The notes: generated by a model from the sequence alone, not told the origin. Positions 41,300 through 52,533 are shown, counted from the stretch's first letter. The stretch: DNA of 64,000 nt from Phormidesmidales cyanobacterium (GCA_038260205.1 JBBSOB010000001.1:85-64084), one strand, 5' to 3'. Numbers and translations are program-made.

Positions 41300-43240
41300 T
41301 CACTGAGCAGCCGGTGCTTTGTCTTCGTTATTTTTGCCTTGAGTTGTCTCGTTCTTAGAGGACTCACCTTCAGCGGCCTTGTCTTCGGTTACCAGGGCTG
41401 GAACGCCTTCTTTAGGGTTCTTAACTTCAGGAAGCGACTTTTCATCTACCGCACTTTCCTCTGCTGAATTCTTATCTGTTTCTGGCGCACCCGCGAGTCT
41501 CCAAGTGCCAATGTCCCAGGTGCTTGTATCCCAGGGTGTCGGATCTACGCTTTCTAGGCGATCGCTCACTGCATTAACAACCGCTCTTCTCACCAGCGGA
41601 ATAACGGCCATATCTTGCATTAGCAGCGTATTCATCTGAACAAAGAGATTTGCGCGCTTCTTCGGATCTAGCTCTCGGCTTGCCTGCTGCCAAAGCTTGT
41701 CGTATTGGGGATTACAGTAGCGGGCGTTGTTGGCCTTTTGCCATTTATTTTGCATTGAGGCCACCTCGCTGCATAGCCACCAGCTCATATAAATAGCCGG
41801 ATCGGGCGTATCGCTGCCCGCATTGTATTCCTGCATATCGGCATAAAAATGATTGAGGCTGCGCGTCTGCGCCGGATCTGCCGAGAAAAAGTCTTCGGGA
41901 ATAATCCGCCGAATATCGACATCAATCCCCACCTTAGCCAAATCTTCTTTAATTAAAGTCTGCGTTCTTTGGCGCACCGGATTAATCGGCGTTTGAAAGG
42001 CCATACGCATTTCTATCCCGTTTTTATCGCGAATGCCGTTGTCGTTACTGTCTACCCAGCCCGCTTGATCTAGTAGCTTGTTGGCTAGCTCTGGAGAGTA
42101 GATATAGTAAAGATCGGGATTGGCATACTTTTCTGGGAAAGGCAGTAGTTGATTAGTGCGCTGTCCTGCATTTCCGTAAACTTCGTTGACGATAGTATCT
42201 CGATTAATCGCATAGTCAATCGCCTTGCGCACCCGCACATCGCTCAAAAACGGATGAGGATTGCTCACCGCCGAGCGTTCTCCCTCCTTCGTTGCTTTGT
42301 TTGGATCGCTCATGTTGAGCATTACCCGCTCGACATAAGAACCAAACGTTGCCTCAACCTTGCCCCGACCGCTGCCTGCTAAATTAATGCGATCGCGCCG
42401 ATTAAGCTGGATATTATGCGCAAAATCCGCATCCCCATCGCGCAGCACTCGCCGAGCCGCCACATAGGGCGTCAGCCCACCTTCTAGCTCAACAATTTTA
42501 AAGTACGGCTGCCCTTCTCTAAACTGCTCATTTGCCCCAAACGTCCAGATCCCATCAGCCACCGTCAAAAACCGATAGGCTCCCGTCCCAATGGGCGCTA
42601 AGTTAGCAGGCGCAGCCCGCACGTTGCCACCCGGCGCTTGAGAAAATACATGCTTCGGCAAAATCATCCCGTTTTGCCCCGTAAACGGCAGCGCCCACGA
42701 GGGATTAGGTGATTTAAAAGTAATTTTTACCGTTAGTGGATCGACCGCTTCAACTTTGGCGATCGCCTCATAGTAGGTTTCCGTCACCGCTGCCACCTGC
42801 GGATCGGTGACAAACTGATAGGTAAACACCACGTCTTCAGCCGTAAAAGGCTGACCATCCGACCAGCGTACATTCGGCTTTAGTTTCCAGGTCACTGTGC
42901 GGCCATCTTTAGAAAGCCCACCGTTTTCTGGTGTCGGAATCAGCTCCGCGAGTACCGGCACCATGTCACCGTTCGGCTCATAGGTGGCCAGCGGCTCGTA
43001 CACAATCCGCGCCGCCTCAAAGTCTTGAAAGCCAGCGGCCAAATGCGGATTAAGCGTCGTCGGAGCGCGGCTGTACAGCAGCCTCAGGGTAGAGGCATCG
43101 TCCTTTTTGCTCGCCTGAGACTCAACCGTATCTGACTTCTTGGGCTGCTGAGCACAGCTCCCTAGCCACAGCAAACCCACCAACGGGACACCCACCAAAG
43201 AAGCGCTGAGCAGCCTGCGAACCAACCGAAAAGATTTCAT
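41300..43240 (-). CDS. Peptide/nickel ABC transporter substrate-binding lipoprotein (family 5)
   Basis: Lipobox LWLGSC, TLNPHL, VRWSDGQPFTAEDVVFT, PIGTGAY, VRKAIDYAINR. Likely start is MKSF. Confidence 0.92.
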   Translation of the reverse strand: MKSFRLVRRLLSASLVGVPLVGLLWLGSCAQQPKKSDTVESQASKKDDASTLRLLYSRAPTTLNPHLAAGFQDFEAARIVYEPLATYEPNGDMVPVLAELIPTPENGGLSKDGRTVTWKLKPNVRWSDGQPFTAEDVVFTYQFVTDPQVAAVTETYYEAIAKVEAVDPLTVKITFKSPNPSWALPFTGQNGMILPKHVFSQAPGGNVRAAPANLAPIGTGAYRFLTVADGIWTFGANEQFREGQPYFKIVELEGGLTPYVAARRVLRDGDADFAHNIQLNRRDRINLAGSGRGKVEATFGSYVERVMLNMSDPNKATKEGERSAVSNPHPFLSDVRVRKAIDYAINRDTIVNEVYGNAGQRTNQLLPFPEKYANPDLYYIYSPELANKLLDQAGWVDSNDNGIRDKNGIEMRMAFQTPINPVRQRTQTLIKEDLAKVGIDVDIRRIIPEDFFSADPAQTRSLNHFYADMQEYNAGSDTPDPAIYMSWWLCSEVASMQNKWQKANNARYCNPQYDKLWQQASRELDPKKRANLFVQMNTLLMQDMAVIPLVRRAVVNAVSDRLESVDPTPWDTSTWDIGTWRLAGAPETDKNSAEESAVDEKSLPEVKNPKEGVPALVTEDKAAEGESSKNETTQGKNNEDKAPAAQ

Positions 43241-43575
43241 GAAAAACCGCGCAAAAAACAAATACTAAAGGCAACACTTAAGCGTGAAACTAACCATACC
43301 GAGCAGCGCAAGCCTTGGGCGCTCATCGACCGACTGGACACTTACAATCCATCAAGATACTAGCGCGAGTTCTATTCTTTCTAGCTCAAGTAGCGTTCGT
43401 CAGGTGACTTAAAACTAGTCTGAGTGAGCAAAGCAGTACATCGAACGGGTAGAAACACCTTGATGTTAGAGGCACTTTGATGTTTTTTCGGCCTTCAGGT
43501 TGGGGATTTTTTGCTGATTCATCCTGAGCAGACTCACGGTGCCGGAATAGTTAGTTGGTAGATGCACCCTGACCG

Positions 43576-43613
43576 TTCCCTGGCGACTCTTCGGAGTGCT
43601 AGGGAATTTTTTT
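43576..43613 (+). terminator. Orphan plus-strand intrinsic terminator with a C(UUCG)G tetraloop
   Basis: TTCCCTGGC-G-ACTC-TTCG-GAGT-GCTAGGGAA-T7. Both flanking genes are on the minus strand. Confidence 0.8.
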
Positions 43614-43670
43614 GTCTATTTTTCGTCTTTGTCTATTTTTGGAATTTGTTTAAGGTGCGATCGCTAAGCC

Positions 43671-43699
43671 AAAAAAAGGGGCACCCACTGGCAACCCCT
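43671..43699 (-). terminator. Terminator of the 43744-44238 gene
   Basis: Minus strand reads AGGGGTTGCC-AGT-GGGTGCCCCT followed by a T-run. Confidence 0.6.
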
Positions 43700-43743
43700 C
43701 TCTTTGGCTTGGATTTTTCAAAGTAAGGCGATCGCCCTCTTAC

Positions 43744-44238
43744 CTAAGCCCCTTCGCCATCACTAGCCTCAGTCGCCCCTTCAGTGTTAGATTCAGCGGG
43801 CGTTTCAGCCGCCGTATCAGTTGTATCAGCCGTTGCCGTAGCCGTTGATTCAGCCTCAGCCGCCGCAATGCCTTCAGCCGCCTCAGCATTAGCTTCTACT
43901 TCAGAAATCTCAGGCACCTCTGGTTTAGGAGAGGGTCTTGGCCCCCGCACTAGCGCTGGATTAACCGGCCCTCTAGGCGCTTCGTCATCTCGCCCGCGAC
44001 CCTTACCACGGCCCTTACCGCCACCTTTGCCACCTCGCCCTCCATCGCGGCTGTCGTTACCGTCGCGACTGTAGGTAGCTTGGACTTCACTAGCGCCATC
44101 GCCTTCCTTGCGATCGCCCTTCTTAACGGGCTTTGGCGTGTCTCGCTTCGGCGCATCCGACTGGGTTGCTTCGGCCTGCGCCCCATCTGCCTGCTTCGCA
44201 GCGTCGCGATCGCTCTTCTTAATAGGACGCTCTGCCAT
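43744..44238 (-). CDS. Low-complexity, probably disordered hypothetical protein
   Basis: MAERPIKKS.., Gly/Arg/Lys-rich middle, NPALVRGPRP motif, acidic Ala/Thr tail. Likely start is MAERP. Confidence 0.75.
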   Translation of the reverse strand: MAERPIKKSDRDAAKQADGAQAEATQSDAPKRDTPKPVKKGDRKEGDGASEVQATYSRDGNDSRDGGRGGKGGGKGRGKGRGRDDEAPRGPVNPALVRGPRPSPKPEVPEISEVEANAEAAEGIAAAEAESTATATADTTDTAAETPAESNTEGATEASDGEGA

Positions 44239-44422
44239 GATCTGTTGTGCTCTGTAAACTAAATTGCCAAACAATCGTATCACGCAAGATTGAGCGGCAA
44301 GAAATTAACCCGCTAAGACATCACTAGCCGTTAACGATAGCGTTGTAAGACCTCAGCGACTCGTCATCTAAATATTTCTGATAGCCGCGGTAGCGAACGG
44401 GCGGATAGGTCAAGCCATGTCT

Positions 44423-44809
44423 CTAGCCATCCATTTCAGGGGGCCAGTTACCTTGAGTCGCAGCGCCTTCGCTTCCTAGCAAAGGCGTATCACCTTCCGA
44501 AGAAGCTTCAATCGTCTTACCGACTTCGCCATTGTCCAAAACAGCTTCCGGATCGAAGTTCAGGCCCAGCACGTCAATTAGCGCATCCTCATCCGAATTG
44601 AGCTGATAGAAAGGCACCATTAGGTTAGATAGCTTTGGCTCTAGCGCATTCACCACGCCCAAAATCAAAAAGGAAGACGGTCTTCGCCCACCTTCGGGCG
44701 TACGCACAGAAGTCGCAGCCATCTGCACCTCTAGCCAGGTACGATTGGCACGGAAATAATCCAGCCACTTATCTCGGATAACCGACGTAAAATTCTCAAA
44801 GAATGCCAT
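44423..44809 (-). CDS. DUF5331-like cyanobacterial protein
   Basis: MAFF..F...IRDKWLDYF..NR.WL..RRP.S..ILGVVNALEP..LGLNFDP. Confidence 0.75.
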   Translation of the reverse strand: MAFFENFTSVIRDKWLDYFRANRTWLEVQMAATSVRTPEGGRRPSSFLILGVVNALEPKLSNLMVPFYQLNSDEDALIDVLGLNFDPEAVLDNGEVGKTIEASSEGDTPLLGSEGAATQGNWPPEMDG

Positions 44810-45026
44810 TTTTCAACCTGAAAGGGATCAGCCAACTTCGCAGCAATCTAACACCCTTCAGCCCTTATGACTAGACCATGATCAAATTATCTGGGTCTAC
44901 GTCCACTTCCCCCGCGTGGGCTTAGTCTGCTTTTTAGGCGTCGCGTGCGGTTGCTGGGCTATTAGCGCGGGCGTTAGGCTCTTTTTTGCATTATTTATCA
45001 TTAGCTAGATTACTAGCCGCCCTATC

Positions 45027-46097
45027 TCACTGCCGCCGCCTGCGACTAAACGGACTGCTAATTTCTAAATCGCCGATTTTAATCCCTTTGGTCACATCTA
45101 ATCCCGGTGGCTGCTGCGCTTGATGCCGAGAAATTGCTTCGTACACATCATCGGCGATCGCAATATGAGATCTTGTCACCACCGGATCAGCTTCTAATAG
45201 CTGAAACTTGTAGTAAAGCATCCGCGAAAAATCGGTTAGGCTACCGCTAAAAAACTCTGTCGGCGACACCGTCACCGAGTCGTCCTCCATAATCTGCTCA
45301 ATCAACTGCGGACTCAAAATCGACTGAAACTGCTGCACATACGCCCAGGCAATCGAGCGTAGATCCATCTGTAAATCGCCCTTTTCGGCATAGCTAGCGA
45401 CCCGCTGCGCCAGCGCGATCCATTCAGGTGCCACCCACCGGCTCAGCGCTTGCTCCAAGTCAAAAGCAGCCATGACCCGATTAACCAGCACTCGCCCACC
45501 CGACCGGCTCAGCGATCCATCGTTCAAAGTTGCCACCACGGTTTGAGCCAAATTGAGTACCGCTTCGGGTTTCCAGTCCACGTTATCCGGCGCAAACTGC
45601 TGCAAGTAAGCGCTAATTACATTGATGACCGTGACTTCCTGCTCGCGTTGCCAGATCGCCGCCTGCTCCGCCAACAGCTGCGATCCGACATCCACCAGCG
45701 CCGGATCTATCCCTAGGCTTTCAAAGGCGGCGATCGCCTCATCTGTAAATCTCTCTAGCTGAGCATTCTCAACCGTCACCGTCGAGAGATTCGCCACCAC
45801 CGCGCCCACAACGGCCCGCAGATCCATCGCCGACTCTGGCCGACCAAAAGTCACCACGTAGGCTCGCAGCACATTGAGCACCGGCTTCAAATCGTCTAGG
45901 CCAAATTTTTTCTTCTCGGATTTCTTCTGAGACAGATTGATAACAGGCGGCTTGAGGTCAGAGCTAGCTTTTTCAGGCGCGTTTTTGTCAGGCACAGCAG
46001 ACTCCAAAGAAGAACGAGAATCAGGGGCGTAGAGATCAGAAACACGGGTATCAAGTTGAGGCGACCTTCTAAACAATCGACGCAGCCAACGAAACAT
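45027..46097 (-). CDS. Hypothetical protein
   Basis: 356-aa ORF with a plausible start. I recognise no family motif. Confidence 0.7.
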   Translation of the reverse strand: MFRWLRRLFRRSPQLDTRVSDLYAPDSRSSLESAVPDKNAPEKASSDLKPPVINLSQKKSEKKKFGLDDLKPVLNVLRAYVVTFGRPESAMDLRAVVGAVVANLSTVTVENAQLERFTDEAIAAFESLGIDPALVDVGSQLLAEQAAIWQREQEVTVINVISAYLQQFAPDNVDWKPEAVLNLAQTVVATLNDGSLSRSGGRVLVNRVMAAFDLEQALSRWVAPEWIALAQRVASYAEKGDLQMDLRSIAWAYVQQFQSILSPQLIEQIMEDDSVTVSPTEFFSGSLTDFSRMLYYKFQLLEADPVVTRSHIAIADDVYEAISRHQAQQPPGLDVTKGIKIGDLEISSPFSRRRRQ

Positions 46098-46212
46098 CCT
46101 ACCGCCCCTAATACAACACGACCCTAAACCAAAACTCAGCCCATCACGGGCTTCAGCTTAATAGACCTCAACTTAGCAGAATTGTTCACCACCATCCGAT
46201 GCGCTCACCGAC

Positions 46213-46251
46213 TCTCATGGTCAGCTCTCATGATCAGCTCTCATGGTCAGC
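46213..46251 (+). repeat. 13-bp tandem repeat x3 (TCTCATGRTCAGC) overlapping the deacetylase stop codon
   Basis: The third unit contains TCA, the minus-strand TGA at 46247-46249. Confidence 0.9.
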
Positions 46252-47305
46252 GCTTGTCCATCGCTGCGATCGCCGTACGAATTGTTGCGGCTACCGACTC
46301 AGCTAGCGCCGTAAAATCGTAGCCGCCTTCTAACCCAAACAAAACGGCAGGCGTCAGATCCATACACTGCTGCGTCAACCATCCGTAGTCCTCCGGATGC
46401 AGCGCCACGCCCGCCAGCGGATCGGCCTGATTCGCATCATAGCCCGCGCTCACAATCAGCAGGCTAGCGCCAGCGCCAGTCAAAAAGTCGGACAAAAAAG
46501 CCTGAACCTGCTCATGCCACAGCGCTTGATAGTCCGCTAGCACGCTACCGGGCGGCACCGGCAAGTTTAAAACATTTTGATAGCGTCCCTTTTCCGCCAC
46601 GGCTCCCGTCCCCGGATAGGCCGGACTCTGATGAAAAGAACAATAGGCCAGATCGGGATGTGCTTCGACTAGCGCCTGAGTGCCGTTGCCGTGATGCACG
46701 TCCCAGTCGAGGATGGCCACGCGCTTAATGCCCAAGGTCAAGGCGTAGTGAGCCGCGATCACCGCATTCGATAGCAGGCAAAATCCCATCGGGCGATCGC
46801 GCTCTGCATGATGTCCCGGTGGCCGCACCAGCGCAAACGCAGGCGACTGTTGCCGCATCACCACATCCACGCCGTCTAACCAGGCCGCAACGGCTAACAG
46901 CGCCACCTCATAGCTTTGGGGCGAGGCCAGGGTATCCGCATCCAAATAGCCACCCCCTTTCTTGGCAAACGCCTTGAGCGCGGCCACATACTCCGGATCG
47001 TGAACGCGATGGACATCGGCCAGCACCGAGCGGCTAGACGGCTCGCGCCAGATAATTCGACTGGCCCAATCGCTCTTTTCTACCGTCAGATCATTATTCA
47101 GATCATTACTCAGATCATTATTTCGATCAGCGTTCATAGAACGGCTGATCCCAGGCAAATTGGAGTTACCTTCACCGCGCGTTCTCTGGCTTTTTTTCAA
47201 ATAGTCTACGACTGCTACCAAACGAGTTGCATTTTCTGGATGCTCCGTTCCCGTATCGTGAGTCAAAAAGAGATCGCTATAAAAAACGGGAAACTCATAA
47301 GCCAT
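46247..47305 (-). CDS. Histone deacetylase / AcuC family protein
   Basis: [46 protein letters not shown]. Confidence 0.93.
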   Translation of the reverse strand: MAYEFPVFYSDLFLTHDTGTEHPENATRLVAVVDYLKKSQRTRGEGNSNLPGISRSMNADRNNDLSNDLNNDLTVEKSDWASRIIWREPSSRSVLADVHRVHDPEYVAALKAFAKKGGGYLDADTLASPQSYEVALLAVAAWLDGVDVVMRQQSPAFALVRPPGHHAERDRPMGFCLLSNAVIAAHYALTLGIKRVAILDWDVHHGNGTQALVEAHPDLAYCSFHQSPAYPGTGAVAEKGRYQNVLNLPVPPGSVLADYQALWHEQVQAFLSDFLTGAGASLLIVSAGYDANQADPLAGVALHPEDYGWLTQQCMDLTPAVLFGLEGGYDFTALAESVAATIRTAIAAMDKR

Positions 47306-47674
47306 AGTATTTCTAGAGAGTTGAATAAGCCTTGCTAGCGCCCCTTTTTGATCAGGTGCGATCGCCCCTCAAAAGGCTCTTAATATGATAGAATTTTAAG
47401 CGTACTTGTCGTTAATTTGAAGTCTATCTGCGCCCTTTTAAAACAAGCCATTCAATCTAAAAAATTATCTAAAAAACTTTTGCCTTCTGTAACAACAATC
47501 GAATTCAACAACTCGACTAAACGAACAGTCTTTCATGGGCTGTTTCGCAATTGTTTTGCAACCTATTTCTTTAACCCAGCAACTCCTTAGAAAAATACTC
47601 ACTTAAAAAACTTCTAAGCAGCTATCCACGCAGACTGAACTATCAAATTTTTCGAAAATCCTGGAGCCTTCTAC

Positions 47675-50392
47675 ATGAGTAGTCCTCAAGAGCGCATTGT
47701 CCCCGCCGATCTGCGTAACGAAATGTCGCGGTCTTACCTCGAGTACGCCATGAGCGTAATTGTAGGCCGCGCATTACCGGACGCTAGGGACGGCCTCAAG
47801 CCTGTGCACAGACGGATCTTATATGCCATGCACGAGCTAGGACTCACCGCCGATCGTCCGTTTAGAAAATGCGCCCGCGTCGTCGGCGAAGTGCTCGGCA
47901 AGTACCATCCTCACGGGGATACAGCCGTCTACGACGCGCTCGTACGCATGGCTCAAAGCTTCTCCATGCGCCATCCTTTGATCAACGGCCACGGCAACTT
48001 TGGCTCTATCGACAACGATCCGCCCGCCGCGATGCGTTACACCGAGTCGCGTTTGCAAGCGCTAACCGGCGACTCTTTGCTGCAAGATATCGAAGCTGAA
48101 ACCGTCGATTTTGCCGACAACTTCGACGGCTCCCAGCAAGAACCTGTCGTCATGCCCGCGCGGATTCCGCAGCTACTGGTCAACGGCTCCTCCGGGATTG
48201 CCGTCGGCATGGCCACCAACATTCCACCGCACAACCTGGGCGAAATTGTCGACGGCCTCGTTGCCCTCATCGACAACCCCGAACTCACCAGCCTCGATCT
48301 GATGGCGTTCATTCCAGGGCCAGACTTCCCTACTGGCGCACAAATTATCGGCTCTCAGGGCATTCGAGACGCCTACACCACCGGGCGCGGCTCGGTCATT
48401 ATGCGCGGTGTTGCCACCATCGAAACGCAGGCCAATAGAGGCCGCCCTGACCGCGAAACGATCATTATCACCGAGCTGCCCTACCAAACCAATAAGGCCG
48501 CGCTGATTGAAAAGATCGCCGACTTGGTTAACGATCTTAAGCTGGGCGGAATCTCTGATATTCGAGACGAGAGCGATCGCGACGGTATGCGTATCGTCAT
48601 CGAACTCAAGCGCGACGCCTATCCCAAAGTTGTTCTCAATAACCTCTACAAGCAGACGCCGCTGCAAAACAACTTTGGCGTCAACATGCTGGCGATTGTC
48701 AACGGCGAGCCGCAGCTACTCACCCTACGCGAATTCCTTCAAGTCTTTTTAGACTTTCGGATCGAAACCATTGAGCGCCGTACCCGCTACCAGTTGCGCA
48801 AAGCCCAAGAGCGCGACCACCTGTTGCAAGGCTACCTGATCGCGCTAGAAAATCTGGACGCCGTGATTGTCCTAATTCGCGGATCGGCGGATGCAGCCAC
48901 GGCTAAAACCGAGCTGATTGAGTCGTACGGATTTTCTTCTGTGCAGGCCGATGCCATTTTGCAAATGCAGTTGCGCCGCCTCACCGCCCTAGAAGCTGAG
49001 AAAATTCAGCAAGAACATGAAGAACTAACGACCAGAATTACTGACTTAGAAGACATTCTGGCCAATCGCAGCCGCATCCTAACCATCATCAAAGAAGAAG
49101 TGCTGCAAATTCGCAGTGCCCACGCCGACGAGCGTCGCACCATCATTGGTCAGGGGGAAAATAATCTTTCCGACATTTCTCTAATTGCCAACGAACAGGT
49201 GGCCATTCTAGTTACCGAGCAGGGCTACATCAAGCGCATGTTGGTCGATACCTTTGAGGCCCAAAACCGGGCTACTCGAGGCAAATCTGGCACCAAAATG
49301 AAGGACGACGACGGCATTGAGCATTTCGTCACCTGCTGCACCCACGACCACGTCATCTTTTTCACCGACCGAGGCATCTCTTACTCCTTACGGGCCTATC
49401 AAATCCCTGAAAGCTCTCGCACGGCAAAGGGCTATCCGCTCGTGCAAATGTTGCCCATCCCCAAAGAAGAAAAAGTCACCTCTGTAATCGGCGTCAGCGA
49501 GTTCAGCGACGATGAGTATTTGGTTATGCTCACACAGGGCGGCTTTATTAAAAAGACGGCGCTCTCTGCCTTTAGCCGCATTCGCACCAACGGCCTGATT
49601 GCCATCTCGTTAGAAGAAGGCGACGAACTGCGGTGGGTACGCAGAGCTAGAGCTGAAGATAGTGTTTTAATTGGCTCCCGGCGCGGGATGACGATTCACT
49701 TTAAGACGGATCACAGTCAGCTACGCCCGCTCGGTCGGCCAACCAAGGGCGTTCGCGCCATGTCGCTAAGAGAGGGCGATAAAATTATTAGTATGGATAT
49801 CCTTTCCTCGCAGGTGGTAGAGGCCGTTGAAAGTGCCGCCGAGGGAGAGGAAGATACGACAGCGGATATGGGGCCTTGGGCGCTGGTTGTCGCAGCGGGT
49901 GGATTGGGCAAACGCGTTCCTGTCTCTAACTTCCGTTTGCAAAATCGGGCGGGCATGGGCTTGGTCGCTATTAAGTTTCGCAGCAACGACGATGAATTGG
50001 TCGCTTTGCGGATTGCTGAGCCAGACGATGAGCTGATGATTGTCAGCGCTCGAGGCGTGATTATGCGTCAGTCGGTTAACGCCATTTCGATTCAGTCGCG
50101 AATGGCGACCGGGGTGCAGTTGCAAAGGCTCGATAGTGACGATGCGATCGCGGCTGTAGCCCTTGTTCCCCATTTAGATGATGATGAAAATGCGCTGCCT
50201 TCGGAAGAGGTCGCTGAAGCGATCGCCGACACCATTGCCGAAACCGAAATCGTTGAAGAACTAGACGAAACCGACATAGAGGTTCCGACCGTTGTCAGCG
50301 AAGCGGTTGAGGATGCCGTTGCGGAGACAAAGGCGATCGAGACCGCTCAGGAAAACACGGGAGACGGAACCGATTTAGAAGATGCTAACTAG
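47675..50392 (+). CDS. gyrA: DNA gyrase subunit A
   Basis: [16 protein letters not shown], catalytic AAMRYTE, GyrA-box-like [10 protein letters not shown], acidic C-terminal tail. Confidence 0.97.
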   Translation: MSSPQERIVPADLRNEMSRSYLEYAMSVIVGRALPDARDGLKPVHRRILYAMHELGLTADRPFRKCARVVGEVLGKYHPHGDTAVYDALVRMAQSFSMRHPLINGHGNFGSIDNDPPAAMRYTESRLQALTGDSLLQDIEAETVDFADNFDGSQQEPVVMPARIPQLLVNGSSGIAVGMATNIPPHNLGEIVDGLVALIDNPELTSLDLMAFIPGPDFPTGAQIIGSQGIRDAYTTGRGSVIMRGVATIETQANRGRPDRETIIITELPYQTNKAALIEKIADLVNDLKLGGISDIRDESDRDGMRIVIELKRDAYPKVVLNNLYKQTPLQNNFGVNMLAIVNGEPQLLTLREFLQVFLDFRIETIERRTRYQLRKAQERDHLLQGYLIALENLDAVIVLIRGSADAATAKTELIESYGFSSVQADAILQMQLRRLTALEAEKIQQEHEELTTRITDLEDILANRSRILTIIKEEVLQIRSAHADERRTIIGQGENNLSDISLIANEQVAILVTEQGYIKRMLVDTFEAQNRATRGKSGTKMKDDDGIEHFVTCCTHDHVIFFTDRGISYSLRAYQIPESSRTAKGYPLVQMLPIPKEEKVTSVIGVSEFSDDEYLVMLTQGGFIKKTALSAFSRIRTNGLIAISLEEGDELRWVRRARAEDSVLIGSRRGMTIHFKTDHSQLRPLGRPTKGVRAMSLREGDKIISMDILSSQVVEAVESAAEGEEDTTADMGPWALVVAAGGLGKRVPVSNFRLQNRAGMGLVAIKFRSNDDELVALRIAEPDDELMIVSARGVIMRQSVNAISIQSRMATGVQLQRLDSDDAIAAVALVPHLDDDENALPSEEVAEAIADTIAETEIVEELDETDIEVPTVVSEAVEDAVAETKAIETAQENTGDGTDLEDAN

Positions 50393-50474
50393 TCAAACAA
50401 CTGAATATTTTTGAGCTGAATGTTTTGAGCTAGGCGCTAGCTAAATAACTAACGTACAGCGAAAGCACAGCTCG

Positions 50475-50516
50475 AAAGACTGTGAGGTCAACAAATACCG
50501 ATCTCACAGTCTTTTT
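50475..50516 (+). terminator. Terminator after gyrA
   Basis: AAAGACTGTGAG..CTCACAGTCTTT followed by Ts. Confidence 0.75.
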
Positions 50517-50741
50517 GCTTTGAAAGAGCGTAAAATTTCGAATCAACTGCCTATCGATAGATGCGCGTTGACGTTCATTCATAGTTTTGTTAATTAAATT
50601 CAGTAATCCGAACAGTTTTTATTTGAAAACTGCGCAGGCGCTGTACCCTTATTGCTTAATCAGCAAATCCATACCAAGTTTCGCTGATTAAGCTGATTTA
50701 ATGACGCTAGCTACGCTTAGAAATTTCACTACTCTCCAAAT

Positions 50742-52481
50742 ATGACTCCTCCAATACCTTTACTAGAAATGGGTATTAGCTTGTTCAGTCCGGGTTCAGC
50801 CCAGGTTCTAGGCCAAGTTACTACTAGAAGAAATAGTCCGCTAGACGCGATCTCAATCGGCTTTGGCGCTGGTCTAGGCGAATTTTTGCCTAAGCTGCTA
50901 GGCGCTATTGCCATCTTAATCATCGGCTTGATCATTGCCTATGTGGTCGCGCTCGTCATCAAGGGTCTGCTCCACAAAACCAGCATTGATGACCGCATTG
51001 CCGCTAATATTACCGGCCGTCCGGCCTCAGAAGTGCCCGCGGCCAAATGGGTCAGCGACATCATCTTTTGGCTAATTGCCATTATCACGGTCGCCGCCGC
51101 CCTCGACGCCCTCGATCTCAACGCGGTTTCCGCGCCGATCAACGACACGCTCGGCACCGTCCTAGAGTATATTCCGCGTCTCTTTAGCGCTGGACTGCTG
51201 ATTGCCGTAGCTTGGGCGATCGCCACTCTCGTCAAAACCATCGTCACCAGAGGACTAGAACGGTTTAACCTAGACGACAGACTCGCCGAAAATACCGGCG
51301 TCGATCCCCGAGAGAACTCGGTACAAGTACACGAAACCTTAGGCAACGCGCTCTACTGGTTCGTCTTTCTACTCTTTCTACCGCTCATTCTCAATGCCCT
51401 CGAACTTAATGGTCTGCTAGCACCGGTCAATGGGCTAATTGACCAGTTCCTCGCGGCAATTCCTCAAATCCTGACAGCGCTGCTTGTCTTTGGTGGCGGC
51501 TGGCTCTTGGCCAAAGTGGTTCGGGGCATTGTGACGAATCTACTCGCCGCAACAGGTATCGACAATGTAGGCCACAGATTGGGCCTTTCTAGAAGCAACT
51601 TCGGCACTGGCCTGTCGCTGTCTGGCCTAGTAGGAACCCTAGTTTATGCGCTGATTCTGCTAACTGCTGGGATCTCGGCGCTTCAAGAGCTGAACATTGA
51701 AGCTATTTCTGTGCCTGCTGTCAGTATGCTGCAGCGGATTCTAGACTTTATTCCGCTACTATTGGCCGCTGGCGTCGTGCTAGCCGTGTTTTACTTCATT
51801 GGCAACTTCGTCAAAGATTTGGTCTCCAGCTTGCTCTCCAGCGTTGGCTTCGACGGCATCCTAGATTCTCTTGGCCTGCCGGACATTGGTAGTGCTACAA
51901 CTTCCACAACTGCTCCCTATCAGCCGACTCCAGGGACGACTGTTATCCAGCCCACGTTAGGAGAGACTACGATTCAGTCTGCGAGTACTGCCTACACCAG
52001 CGACAGCACTCCTGGAATCGATCCTGCTACCGTGACCATCGGTCATCAGTCACCTTCTGAAGTTGCTGGTGTCGTTGCGCTGGTCGGCGTCATGCTGTTT
52101 GGTGCGGTGACCGCCACCGAAATTCTTCAGCTAGAGCAGCTCACGCTAATCGTGCGCGCCATTATGGAGATTGCCGGTCAGGTGCTAATTGGCGCACTCA
52201 TTCTAGCGATTGGTCTATACGTAGCGAACCTGGCTTATCGCCTGATTAAGAGCAGTGGCGCTCGCTCTGCCGGGTTGCTGGCACAGATCACGCGCGTTGC
52301 TATTCTGGTGTTCGTCGGCGCAATGGCCCTCGGTCAGATGAATGTGGCTCCTGGCATTGTGAACCTGGCCTTTGGTTTGCTGTTAGGTGCAGTAGCGGTT
52401 GCGATCGCAATTTCCTTCGGTCTAGGTGGCCGAGACGTTGCGAACGAACAGCTCAGAAGCTGGCTCAAACAGTTTAAGTAA
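50742..52481 (+). CDS. TM-helix-repeat membrane protein (mechanosensitive-channel-associated / CmpX-like)
   Basis: Repeated units such as FLPKLLGAIAILIIG, YIPRLFSAGLLI, AIPQILTALLV and FIPLLLAAGVV, ending AFGLLLGAVAVAIAISFGLGGR. Confidence 0.85.
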   Translation: MTPPIPLLEMGISLFSPGSAQVLGQVTTRRNSPLDAISIGFGAGLGEFLPKLLGAIAILIIGLIIAYVVALVIKGLLHKTSIDDRIAANITGRPASEVPAAKWVSDIIFWLIAIITVAAALDALDLNAVSAPINDTLGTVLEYIPRLFSAGLLIAVAWAIATLVKTIVTRGLERFNLDDRLAENTGVDPRENSVQVHETLGNALYWFVFLLFLPLILNALELNGLLAPVNGLIDQFLAAIPQILTALLVFGGGWLLAKVVRGIVTNLLAATGIDNVGHRLGLSRSNFGTGLSLSGLVGTLVYALILLTAGISALQELNIEAISVPAVSMLQRILDFIPLLLAAGVVLAVFYFIGNFVKDLVSSLLSSVGFDGILDSLGLPDIGSATTSTTAPYQPTPGTTVIQPTLGETTIQSASTAYTSDSTPGIDPATVTIGHQSPSEVAGVVALVGVMLFGAVTATEILQLEQLTLIVRAIMEIAGQVLIGALILAIGLYVANLAYRLIKSSGARSAGLLAQITRVAILVFVGAMALGQMNVAPGIVNLAFGLLLGAVAVAIAISFGLGGRDVANEQLRSWLKQFK

Positions 52482-52495
52482 GCGTTATTCGCCCA

Positions 52496-52533
52496 ACTCA
52501 GATCTTTAGGAAACGACCTTGATCTGAGTTTTT
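52496..52533 (+). terminator. Terminator after the TM-helix-repeat gene
   Basis: ACTCAGATC..GATCTGAGT stem followed by TTTT. Confidence 0.7.

Noticed and set aside
43784-44074. 96-aa plus-strand Ser/Pro/Arg-rich ORF
   Set aside because: Antisense shadow of the low-complexity minus-strand gene.
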